DNA from: Raillietiella orientalis
Taxonomy: Eukaryota
NCBI GenBank assembly: GCA_036172245.1
Contig: JAYWIR010000005.1
Span: forward strand, 1,550,001-1,614,000
DNA: 64,000 nucleotides
Reading direction: 5' to 3'
Positions 13,401 to 24,848 of the stretch are shown piece by piece. The notes below the pieces were generated by a model that did not search any database, was not told where the DNA came from, and saw nothing but the letters and a program-made list of their open reading frames with translations. The stretch's first letter is position 1. Each line of letters begins with the position of its first letter. A program made the translations under genes and the position numbers.

Positions 13401-16104
13401 TACAGAGGATGTGTATCATTTCCTGTCTGATAAGGAGACATTAGACACTTGCCCTTGTTCTGTGATCAATAAAAAAAGAAAGCACTAAAAATATTTCTTA
13501 TGAGAATGGTTCCTCCTCAAATCTTAGTGAATCTTATGATCAGCCAAGTACATGGACCTGTCTTGTTTGGGAAGTGCATGTGTAGACATTTTTGAGTGAA
13601 AATTTCCAAGAAGATAAGATTTCATTACTGAGTATTAGTATCACTTGTTTTGGATTTCCTGAACACGCTCGAACACGTGCAACATTCGACTTGTGATGAT
13701 ACTTGTATGGACACTCCCAAAGAGCGGTTTGATGAGAATTTGTAAAACGAAGCTAATGGAATAGTCTGCTCTGCGTTTTACATTCTTCGGATTCAACAGG
13801 GTTGCATTTTTCTTAAACTCATATGCAAAACACAAAATCCGTCTTCTCCGAATTCTCATCTCTTCTGAGAGTTTATCAGAAAAGTAACAAAGACTTCTTC
13901 GTTAGCATGGGAGGATAAAGTTCAGATGTGTGTGTCATATGCTGCATTCAAAAACTGCACTGAAAGTTTCACAAGTTCAAATGCACACAATTCTAAATCA
14001 GGAAACGAATCATTTCCATGTTCCTAAAGAAACATCACACACTTCAGAGCATCTTAGAAAATAACTAATTAGTGAGTTTCCGAAAATTAACTAGATTCGA
14101 TGCGTTTGTATTAAATCCCTTTTATTCCCGTGATGCCTGCTGTTTTGTTTCTCCATAGCTTCATGGTCATTTCATGCTTGGAACTGTGTGAGTTTGCAGC
14201 TGACGTAGTGTCTGTTAATTTCAGTGAATGTGCTGTTGCAAAATGGGCCTAGCAGGTATCAAATATAAGCAGAAGTACCAAGATTTCAAAAAGCATGCCC
14301 AATGACTAAACAGATAATTTGTGGCAGATAATTTGACAATGCTTAGCTTGTACAACGTTTTCATTTCCAGATAGCTGATTCGAATTTGATTTCTTATTAT
14401 GCACACTTGTCACAGAATCACGTTTTGCGAGCATTTGCAGTCGACGGTGAGGATTCTTCTGCCTGAATAGTGTCAACGGTACCGCCGTCTACAGAACTTA
14501 GATGAGACCTTCCCCCCATTCACTGGCGCAGTTGCCACTTTCCTTTTCTACAAATTCTTTCTCAAAATTGCCCACGTCTTTGGTCCTTGTATTTCTTAGT
14601 TGGTCGAAGATTATTTTGCTTCATACGCTGATGCTGACGATGTGCCTGTCGTACGACGACGAAAGCCTTTTGCCTTGCAGAGTTTTCAACAGCAGCAGCA
14701 AGAACAGCAAATGCTCAGGTGTCAACAAATGCTCATCTTGGATGCTGTTTGTCGAGTTTTTCGGAGGATTTCCCGATTACGAGCTGTTTAGGTAGCAAAG
14801 TTACCCATACTAAAGCAGCGGTCCGAGTCATCCTCCATCACAGAAACGGGATCCGATGAAAGTCATATGAGGTGGCAGATGATGAGCACAGCAGCAAAGG
14901 GATGCACGCCTCTGCGGAGCCCGGGTGCAGAAATCCCCTTTACCCTGATAAAAGTAATGTCCTGCAGGTACTGAAGCTGTGACGGAGGCTGGGCCTACCT
15001 ACTCGCCATCGCGGTCCCAAAGTTCCATCCAAAGATGCGATGGTGATTACGAGCCGGATTCACGGACGCCTCCAAGCCCAGGAGTCTCCATGGATCCCTC
15101 CTCCTTGAAAGGTCTTCAGTCTGTGCTCAAAGAGGGGGTGCCACTGAGTAGCATCGGCAAAGAAAGAAAAGAACAAGGCGTCTGAAGGAAAGAACTTTTC
15201 TGGGGCTTGCAAGCTTCCCCAATGCGACGTGAAACAAGGGCTGCTGGAGTCTTGCACCGAACGAGCAGTAGAGCCGAAGGACGGCGCGACCGGGGTCGCG
15301 GTGAGATGTCGAGGGAAGAAGGCAGTGGTGACCAACCTGGTCAGAGAGGGTGGGAGCACGACGCATCCAAAGGAAGGCGCAGCCCGCCCCTAGAATCCAC
15401 ATAAGGAAGGGTTTCGGGAACGTGGAGACGTGGGCGGTTGGGAACGCAAAGTGTGGTGCCCACGTGCCAAGTGCCCAGGGAGAGAACAGCACCATGTGGT
15501 CCCAGTTCTTACTGGTTTCTAAGCCGGAGAGGCACGCGTCACGAGGCTGCCGTCACGTCGCGCACCCAGAAGCGGGCGTGAAGGTGTTCGGAAACCACAA
15601 GTCTTCGTGGTGTCCCGACCTGTTTCGCAACCCTTCTCTTCCAGAGTGCGACTCCCTCACGCGGAAGAGCCGTTGACGTTCCGTCCCTCTATCGATCGGA
15701 GGCCTCCCGGAGACCCCGCCGATGACAACCAGTGCATGCGGAAGTCCCACCGTTGCTTCCTCGTTTTTCCCGAAGACGCTGGGAAGGGGGCAGGGGCACA
15801 CTCGGCCACATGTTACCCGGAGGGCAAAATCCATGGCGAATCGACAGTCCTCGTCACATACGAAACTCTCAAAACATCTGCACCGACGCTCCGTGAGCTC
15901 GACGCCGGTCCTCTTCGAAGGACGAGAACTCAGCTTCTCGTCTCCATGGAATCGTAAAAAAACATGCGCGCGGACTGCCACACACAAAAGGGAAAAAAAA
16001 AGTTAGAAACACTTCCTCCTGCTCGCGTGTCCTTTTTTTCTCTTACGTGCCCCGTTGTTGTGAGCACGATTCCCTGATCAGCTCTCGAATCTTTGGTCTC
16101 CCAG

Positions 16105-19100
16105 ATGATGAGAATGGCGGCAGAGACGCGCCCGCACTTCACTAGCGTCATCTGCACGACGGAGGATTCCGTGATTTCGCTGTCGGACAAGGAGAGCCAG
16201 ACCTGCATCCCTTGGAAGAGATCCAAGAACGACCAGACTTTCTCGGGAAGCTTCGGCTACCTTCAGGTTCAGTGCGTGTGCGCCGCGCGAGTGCGTGACT
16301 ACGGGGGCACCACCCGAGAAAAGGCCCGGTGCGATCCCCCCTCTTGCAGCTGTTTCGACCGTTTCGGCGTCTTCCAGTTTCGGTTCTGCGGGCAAGCGGG
16401 GGAGGAGGGGGAGGGGACATCCCACCCCCATCCCACCCCCTTCACGAGCTTCCGCAACTACTCCTGCACTCGGGGAATCGCACGCAGATCTGCCCTGCGT
16501 TTCCTTCTTCGACAGCCCGGGAATGCCTTTCGCGCTTCTTCCCACCAGCGTCCAAGACGGACTTCGAGCAGCGAGATGTCCGCCGGCCTGGTCGCGCGCG
16601 GGGACCGACCCGAAAGCAGCAGCACGCGGAAAGGCCGAGCCGCTTCCAACTCGAATGCGACTCGGATGGTCGATGGATCGGCCGAGGGGCTCAGCACGGG
16701 CATGCAAGATGCTGCAACCACTTTGTGCTGATTGCACGACGACCGGCTCGAACGCGAGGAGGAAGGCAAAGGGGGAGGGGACGCGAAAGCTTGCGTGCTT
16801 TTCTTCTGCTCGCCCCAGGCGCGTACTAGGAGGGAATGACGGTTGGTCTTTTCCGATGGTCCTGATGGAAGAGAGATACGCTACCTTCAAAGATGCCCAA
16901 GCAAGACAGATTGACGATCATGACACTCGCCAAGATTTGGGGAGGAACCGCTTTCGCAAGAAACATTTCTGCAAAATGTTTTTTTTTTTTCGAGCATCGA
17001 GGATGTCATGCCCTTCGTCTACGGCATTCCATGCGCGTTCGAGAGCCGCCAAGCCTGGGTGCATTCCGTTGAATGGGATGATGGCATCGCCGTGGATCCC
17101 TTGTAGCCACACACGCTGTTTTTCGACACTTCCGGTCGCACACGCCTCGTGCATCTGCGCCTTCCCAGACGCACTCAAGTTTCGCGAACGCATCCCCAAC
17201 GACGGGCTCCCAGCTCCCTCGTGCCGGGAAACGAAACCGAATGAGTCCCCCCCCCCCCCCAAGCTCTCCCTCCTGACTGTTCTCTGCCAACTGATCGGAC
17301 ATTTTCGGGAAGGGGGTGGCAGCTGCGCGTTCACGCCATTCACCGTGCCGCAAGTCATCCCCTGGGACGTGCGCGGAGCCATATGCGTGTGGCTGGGATC
17401 CTGCGACGACTGGATCACGGTCTCCGGGGAGATTTCCGGCGGGTCCGACACTTGACGCGAGGAGCATAGGGGCACTTGAACGCTCCCGTAACACGCCGCC
17501 CTTGCGCAGAACCCAACCAGTGTTCCCACTTGGTGTGAGCTTCGAAGCAGGAAGGTCACGGGACGCGCGCATAGTGCGAGCACGGTTTTGGCTTCCCGCG
17601 TAGGTATGGACCTACGCGGAAAGTGACACGACGCGATGCGAGCACCCCAACCTATTCGGGTGAAGGCACACCGCGTGCAACCAAGAACCGCTGTCCATGC
17701 GTGGTCAACGGAACGCCAGGCCAATTTCTTTCTTTCTTTCTTTCTCTCCCTGAATGTGTTGCCACTGCGCTACAAAAGAGTAAAGGGGTAGAAACCCTAC
17801 GCAACAGCGCAAGAAAACCGACTTTAGGGAGACGGTTTATGGGCTGCGAGGAATTCCAAGAGGAGCCGCAGAACGTGCCAGTCGATTCGTGCCAGCAAAC
17901 CACACAGAAGGGACACACCTATTGCAAGTGCATGGGTGCCTGGCTCGAAAAGGTGGAAGTGTGCGACTCGTAGTGCGACCACCGCAAGAGTGCGGCACTT
18001 TGCAAGGCGAACTGTGGCAGGCGGTTTCTTTCCTGTGGCGCCTGAAACCAGACCCCCAAGAGTTTCCGTAGGAACTGAAGGCCGACAACGGCTTTCTCCC
18101 GCATGAACGGAGGAGTGGGGAACGAACGGGACTCGATTCGAAAGGAAGGAACGCAAGGGCGGCACACGGTTCCGCAGCCGTACGCAAACGAACGGCACGC
18201 AGCGGAAGCTCGAAGGAAAATGCGACCACCGTGACACGAAGGCAGGCCGCGTTCTCTGTGGGGCTGAGGTAAAATTAAAGGGAAAAAATCGCGAGGCGGC
18301 TCCGTTTTTCCGGGGGTGCGCGGCTTCGAACTGTGCAAGAACAACACGCAAACCGTGCCTCTCGCGCTCTTGAAGCACTCGCACGCAAGCAGCGAACGAA
18401 AGGGAAGGCACGCGCGTTCAGTCCATCGACGGGCCCGCCCGTGGCTGTGACGTCACTCCAAGTGCGCTCGGCGGAGGAAGCGACGTTTTCCAGCCACAGG
18501 CGCGGATTCGTATTCTCCGCCGTCCGTTTCCGTCGAGGAGTGCGTCATCACGCCGTCACCTGTTTCCCATGGATACGGTTCCAACTGGTCGACATTCCAG
18601 GACTGCGAGAAACTGCCCTGTTCGGTCTTCGCATCGCGGTCGGCCCCGCCGCTGACTCAGCAGGTGCGGGACTCCGAAGGAAGTCGTTCCTGTGTGGTGG
18701 TCTGCGGGAACCCAAGGCACGCATCGTTGGGCGATCTCGCCCACCCCGGAGGCTCTGCTCCTGCCGCCTGTTGCAAGAGTGACCCCGGCTGCACGCTGCA
18801 GGACATCGCGGGACAAACGCTCTCCGAGGTTTCTCTCCCTGACGGAACAAGAAAGCGAGGAAATCCATCCAGGCGCGCTGTTAGCGTCGGGAGCGAAGAG
18901 GAGAGAGGCAATCCTTCGTCGGGAGAGCGCCGTCTTCAGAAGACGGGAGGCGGGACGCCCTCCAGAAGCCTCCCTGCCGGGGCAGAGAGTGGCCGTCCTG
19001 CCGCTGCTGCCGAACAGAATCCGGAGGACCGTTCCGAAGAAGCGCTGCTGCTGCTTGGTCCAGAGGAAAATGGCAGGCACCTCCGTCCTTCGGAGGAGCA

Positions 19101-19929
19101 GCTGGAGTCGAAGATCAGCGAGTTCGTCACCAACTTTGAGTGGGACCTGCTAAACTCGAAGAGCGTGATGCAATCCTTCAGGAAGAGCAGGAAAAAACAA
19201 CCAGAAGGTTCCGATATTGACGAAACAGGGTCCGTCTCCGAGCAACTGGACGACGAGTCGGATGCCCCTAGAGAAGACTCGAACACTCTTGAAAAAGACG
19301 CGACCGCTCTTGCAGAAGACGCAAGTGCTCCTGCAGAAGACGCAACTGTCCCTGCAGAAGACGCTACCGCTCTTGAAGAGGACACGAATGCTCCTGTGGA
19401 AGACGCAACCTCCCTTGCAGGAGAAGACACGGCCGTTCCTGCAGGAGACACAAGCCAACAACCTGGACGCGAGTCGGAGGCCGCTGCTGCTCCTGGAGGA
19501 AGATGTGACTCCCCTCGCAATGGACCCGAAGTCTCTGGAGAAAGGTCGGAAAACAGCTACGCCGATCTGAGTTCACCGGGAGACGACCGAGATGCGGCCG
19601 CATTCCCGAAGCAAGATGAGACAGCTTCTGTACCGGCGGAAGAAGAAAGGCACGAAGCCCTTGGCGCTCCCTTTTTGGCAACCCCGCAGGAGGGGAGACT
19701 CACCCCTTTGGGGCGTCAAAGTTCAACCCCGTTGCAGAGCGTCTCTTCCTCCCTGCAGAGACAGCTTTACTCGCTCTTCGCAGATCTCTGCAAAGATCTT
19801 GATCGACACCGAAGACCGGCGACGACGGCGGCGGCGGCGGTGCTGGAGGCTGAAGTAGGACCGAAACTGTGGACCGAGGAGACGTCTGTAAGTTCCATAC
19901 CCTCCCTCCCACCCCCTCTTTCCGTGTGA
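16105..19929 (+). CDS. Uncharacterised multi-exon gene with a long acidic, Ser/Ala/Glu-rich low-complexity exon; structure only partly resolved
   Basis: The 421-codon ORF 18664-19929 contains protein-like segments (EEQLESKISEFVTNFEWDLLNSKSVMQSFRK; SLQRQLYSLFADLCKDLD) and a strong donor TCT|gtaagt at 19888. Upstream exon candidates with splice signals: 16105-16266 (cag|MMRMAAETRPHFTSVICTTEDSVISLSDKESQTCIPWKRSKNDQTFSGSFGYLQ|gt), about 17830-17952 (..KGHTYCKCMGAWLEK|gt), about 18570-18663 (..CAG|gtgcgg) and 18778-18828. AATAAA at 20768. Whether all belong to one gene is inference. Confidence 0.5.
19290..19452 (+). repeat. Coding tandem repeat, 21-bp (7-aa) unit, about 7-8 degenerate copies
   Basis: Recurrent gcagaagacgc(a/t)..ctcct units translating as EKDATAL AEDASAP AEDATVP AEDATAL EEDTNAP VEDATSL AGEDTAVP AGDTSQQ. 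Confidence 0.9.
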
Positions 19930-20767
19930 CCTTCCTTCTGTCGTTTTCCTTCCTCCGGAAGGGTTTCCAAGCATCCAGCTCGGAACCTCACAGTGGGGGG
20001 TCCGTGTCGGGAGCTCGAACTCCCTAGGATCCCGAAACAAAGCGGGGAGACGAAAGTCGATAGGGAAGCCTGTTTAGGGATTCTGCCCCTCTCCCGGCCT
20101 ACACCACTCTCCGCCCCGCCCCAGAACATGGGCGACCACGGGAATGGGCGAACTCAGGCATTCTGCAGTACCCAGACCCCAGAAGAAAGTGACACTGGAC
20201 TTGTGTGCGACCCGCACTTGCAGGAGTCGACGGCCACCAATTCCTTCGCAAGCTTGACGTACCACCGATGTCCGCATCACGACAGGCGTACGGCACTAAC
20301 CACAGATTCGCCCTCGACTCTCCGAACGCTTCGCGCGCGCGCAGAACGGCCGTCGGTGGCGAAGTGACATCCATGCGGCAAGCGGGCGGGCGGGCCGGTC
20401 GGTGCGAGGCGTTTCGCCTGCGGCGGCCTCCCCGTGGGTGTGGAAACGAGGCGCGCGCTGCCCAGTGGGCTCGCCCGAGAAGTCCCTCGGGCGGAAGGAA
20501 TTCCAGGAAGTTTCGTGTCTACCAAGTGGCCAAACCGTGGGTGATATAACAATGTTGCTCGGCGCCACGCGTGGTCGCGCTTTCCGGGATACATGGACCT
20601 AGTGGTCCCATCCGAGACGGCGTTTGGTTGCCAGCTAGCTCGTGTGTTGATGCTTGTCGGTGATTCGGCATGGCGGCCTCTTCGCCCCGTCCGCTCCTTC
20701 CGGCCTCTTCGAGAACCGCCGCTTCCCTTCCTTAGAGCAAAGTGACACCCGACCATTTACTAATAGT

Positions 20768-20773
20768 AATAAA
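20768..20773 (+). promoter_or_regulatory. Putative polyadenylation signal
   Basis: aataaa followed by a GT-rich and then T-rich element (gtttggtgtagttctctttt...), in a local AT island inside GC-rich DNA. Confidence 0.55.
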
Positions 20774-23700
20774 AACACTCGTTTGGTGTAGTTCTCTTTT
20801 CTTTTTTTCTTTTTTTTTTTTTAAAAAAAAAGGTTTCTTTTCATCCACTTGGAAAAGCTTGTCAGAAAAACTTCGTTGGCGGCCTTCCCCTTCATAGGGG
20901 ACGATGTGTCACGATGTGTTGGCCCTACGAGCAACGCAAGCAGAGAGATCACCAAGAATCGAATTGACTCCGTGAAGAATACTGCACTTCGCAGCTGAGC
21001 ACGAGCACACCGAAATGTGCATCAGATATCGTGTATGGCAGGTGTAAGCTGGTGGTAAGCACCAAGAGAGCTCAGCAGCGAAGGCAGACCTGTTATTTGC
21101 GGACCAAAGGGCAGTCGGCATCTGTGGATTGGACGGGGAAGAACGACGACCTCTTTCCTTGTCTGGATTCGCTCTTCTCTCATGTGCGTGGCATCGGTTT
21201 TTCCCGCTCTACTTGGCGCGCTCAATATTCTTCCAGCCGCAGCCGCTGAGAAGAATGGGGCTATTCATCGTTTCAAACACACGAGCCAGCGATACGAAGG
21301 AGCACCGAAAGTCTGCATTCCGTTTCTAGGGACTTGGGCGAAGATCTTCGCTTGATCCGGATTGAAGCGGTGGCAGCCTCTTCTCATCCGAGCTGCTTCG
21401 AGTTTTCCTTCTGCTTTGTCTGTCTCAATCCTACGAGGAAGGGGGTAGGGGGGGGGTAAGCTGATCGCGTGCGCAACGAGGTCTTCCTCCGCTCGTTTCG
21501 CGAGGCAGCTGCCCCGAGACCATTGGGGTTGAACGGTCGCGCTTTCCGGGCACCCTTCACATCCACGGTCGACGAATCCCCCCAGAAAGATGAGACGCGG
21601 AGCACGTGAAAACGAAGACTTCCAATTCCTCTTGATCATTCTGCTTGCGCTACGAGGCACCTGCCGTTCCGTTTCCTCATTTCGCCATTTCCACAAGCAC
21701 TCCTGAGGCATGAACGAATGGAAGGATTGCATCTACCCTCGGACTCTTTCTCTGGATGTAAACACATCTCTGCTCCTTGAGCAGATCAATCCGCACAACG
21801 GTCTTTTCGCTCCGCCAGCTACAACTCCAACGGCTGCTTCGAGAACTGCCGCTTAACCAATACCCCTGGGGCTTTCTGCGCACTTGGGAAACCTGCAACC
21901 CTACATCCATCCAGGTCTTTGGGACGTGCGGATTGCCAAATATCGCTCTGGAAGACCTGAGCTGAGCGCAATCTTTTGCGTTGGAAGTTTAAGAACTGCA
22001 TGGCAACCTTTCGTTTCGAATCTTCCCTTGTGTTCAAGCTTCAGAGAGCTTTTTGCGCATGCATAGGTGGATGCTTTTTTTCAGCGGCATTTGTTTCAGT
22101 GCACGACGTGGTTCGGGTCGCTTCCCAGGAAGCAAATTAGTGATGCCTTTCCGCTCAACCGGAAAGATGAAATTTTGGGCACTCGGATTCCACACGCGCG
22201 CGCCAGTTGTGTCCACCCTCAGTTCTGGGTCTCACCGGAGCGCTGCTTCCAAAGCTGGATGCCTCTTGAAGGCGCAGAGCACGCGATCTCGTTGCCATGC
22301 AGACCAAATAGCAAGCTGCTGCTATTCCTTGTTCTCCTTACGAGTCGGGGGAAAATGCACTCCCCGAAGTGCAGGTTTCACCTCTTTGGATTGCCGGCCA
22401 CCAGCTAACAAGATCAGGAGGCTGTTCTAATTCTAGGGCCACGCGCACGTGACCCGTTATGCCAGCGCGGACTCCCTTCACTCCAAAGAGCATTGCGCGC
22501 GTCCCAAAGTACGTGGCTTGGCGAGTGGAATATCTGATTCGATGGGGTGGTCTGCGTCTCGAGGTTTGGCATCTTTCTCCTGACGGCTCCAGAGGAAAAG
22601 CCTGACTCTTGTCCTACGTCACTGCAAGCATCCACATAAGTAATTGAGGGCCTCTATCACTCAGCGTAAGTGCAGTCTCCGTGTGAGAAGGGGAGAGGAG
22701 GGGAAGGGGGACATAGAAGAATGCACTCGATTCAGGGTAGCGTGGTTCGGGACGTTCGTCGCCCTCGTGGACCGAAGGCGGTCGAAACTCGGTTTCCGGA
22801 ACGGTTCGTTGGGCGGTAGAAGCAGCGTCGTCGGCGGGTGCGGCGCGCATTCCCCTTGGGAGGGAAAAGGAAGTGCCCGCGAGCTCTGGCAGGCCTGCTT
22901 GGAGGAGGAAAGTCCAACAATGCGTCGGCTGGAAACAATGGCCCCGGCTATTTCGGTCTGCAATTGCGGAGGCTGAAAATAGAAGCGGCGTAGGCTTGCG
23001 TTCGATCGGTACTCGGATCGAAGAGAAACTTCTCAAAGATGCCACTGGAAGGACGCCGGCGCCATCGGAGCAGAGAAAGAAAGAAAAAAACAAAACAAAT
23101 TAGAAAGTAGGAAGGAAGAAGAGTGCTGTACCCTTTATCCGAAAGTGTTTTGCAAGATCCACAATTGAAAACGAACAAGGCCGCTCTCATCCGCCCTCCT
23201 TTCCTTCCTCAGTTAGGACAGCAAAAGAAAGGAAGGAAGGAGGAAAAAGCAAGACGATGGAGCTTCCGCCCCCATTTCCTGAAGGGTAGTCACGCCGCGA
23301 CGAACTTTTGGTGTTAGAAGAAGAAAAGTCCGAGATTTTGCACCAGTCCGAGAATTTCATTCCTCACTCTTGCACTTTTCGGGGACTTGCTACACCTCGC
23401 TTTGAACTCTCTTGCCTGCTGGCCTACTGTCTTGACGACCAGTGGAAAAGGCTTAGCTCCGGAGGACAGTGTGTCGTCTCCGAGGGGTCGCCAGTTGCCT
23501 TTCGCTACGGAGTTTCCAGTCAGCATGCTCCCTGTTGTCCTCTCGAGGAGATGGTTCCCGAGCTGCATCTCTTCTTGCTCCTTGCCCGCCGGAGACTTTT
23601 CAGGAGGGGAAGGGGATGAAGGGGACCTTTTTGGGAAACGCATCGCGCGTCTGCACACCTGGTGGCGCCAGCAGCTTTCCTTCGGGGGCTTGGCGGCGGC

Positions 23701-24848
23701 GGATCGAGGAGAGGAAAGCCGGCGTGCTATCGAGGTACCAACCTTTCGCTTCTCCCGTCTTTCCTTTCTTTCCCCATACGTACAGCTCGTGCCTGGGACC
23801 TGGCAAGGTCATCAGGAAAGAAGGGAGCGAGGAGGGTGAGAGGGATGCAAATGGAGGATTTCCGAAAAGTGGTGCGCGATTCGTTCTGCTTCCGCGAAGA
23901 GCAGGCTGTGGTCATCGCTCCCGTTTGCCAATCGTTTGAGCCGCAGGTCATCCGGGGATGTAGCAGCAGCAGCAGCAAGGAATTTCTGGACGCGGAGCCC
24001 CGCAACTTGGCCTCCGAGAGGATGACGGTGAGCGGGTGCTTCCTGCTTCTTTGCCTTCCGCTCCTCGTGCTGACTTTTCCGATGTTGTTCCGCCGTTGCC
24101 ATCCCAACGCTCCGTTTGCCGGCCAATGCTGCGGTCGCCGGATGATTTTCCTGAAAAGAGGGCGGTCGCAGAGGGAAGGTTCCTGCCGGTCCAGGTCTCC
24201 GAGGAAACGCTCGCTTGGGAAAAGCCTTTGGTGGAAGAGGCCCCCGGCACCTCCGAGGACGGCGAACCCGCAACCGAGTTCGCGCACGAGCAGCGCTGCA
24301 AGGGTGGCGTGAAAGCGTGAGGAGGTCGCGGTTTCGCCCTCTCTCGCACGACCCGCTGCCCCTTTCCCTCCCTCCCCTCTAGGCACGGTCTCCGCCGAGG
24401 CTGCCGCAGAGGGCTACCCGGCGTCAGAAGTCATCTCGTCTCTCGGGGTCTCCGTCCCTCGTGTTGCGTAGGGAGGTCCCCCGTCGTGGCATTGCGGCTC
24501 CCAGAAGCGGTGGATCGCTATCTCTCTCCTGACCCGCCCTCTTTTCCTGCCCCGCGGACGTCTGGACAGTGACCTCGGTCTCGATGGAGGGATGATAGCC
24601 CTGCAGCGGATCGGACGGACCTTCGCGAGCGGGCCACCTGCCTTCCCGTGCCCGCACGAAGAGCAGGAGACCCTCGCGAGAGCGCCACCTCATCCTGGCA
24701 ACCGCCTACTTCGCGCCGGCCTGCTTTGCTCTTCCTCCCCTCCCCTCCCCGCGCCGGGCAATGGCGATGGCTCGGTGTGGCTGCTTCTGCCGCCGCGTGC
24801 CGAAGAGGAGACCCTCCTGGGTACGGGGCTGAGGTCTTCCACCCTCAG

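Noticed and set aside
20959..20971. 13-nt identity (tcgaattgactcc) with the lst-2 first exon at 12782-12794
   Set aside because: Several 13-mer matches are expected by chance in 64 kb, and the flanks do not extend.
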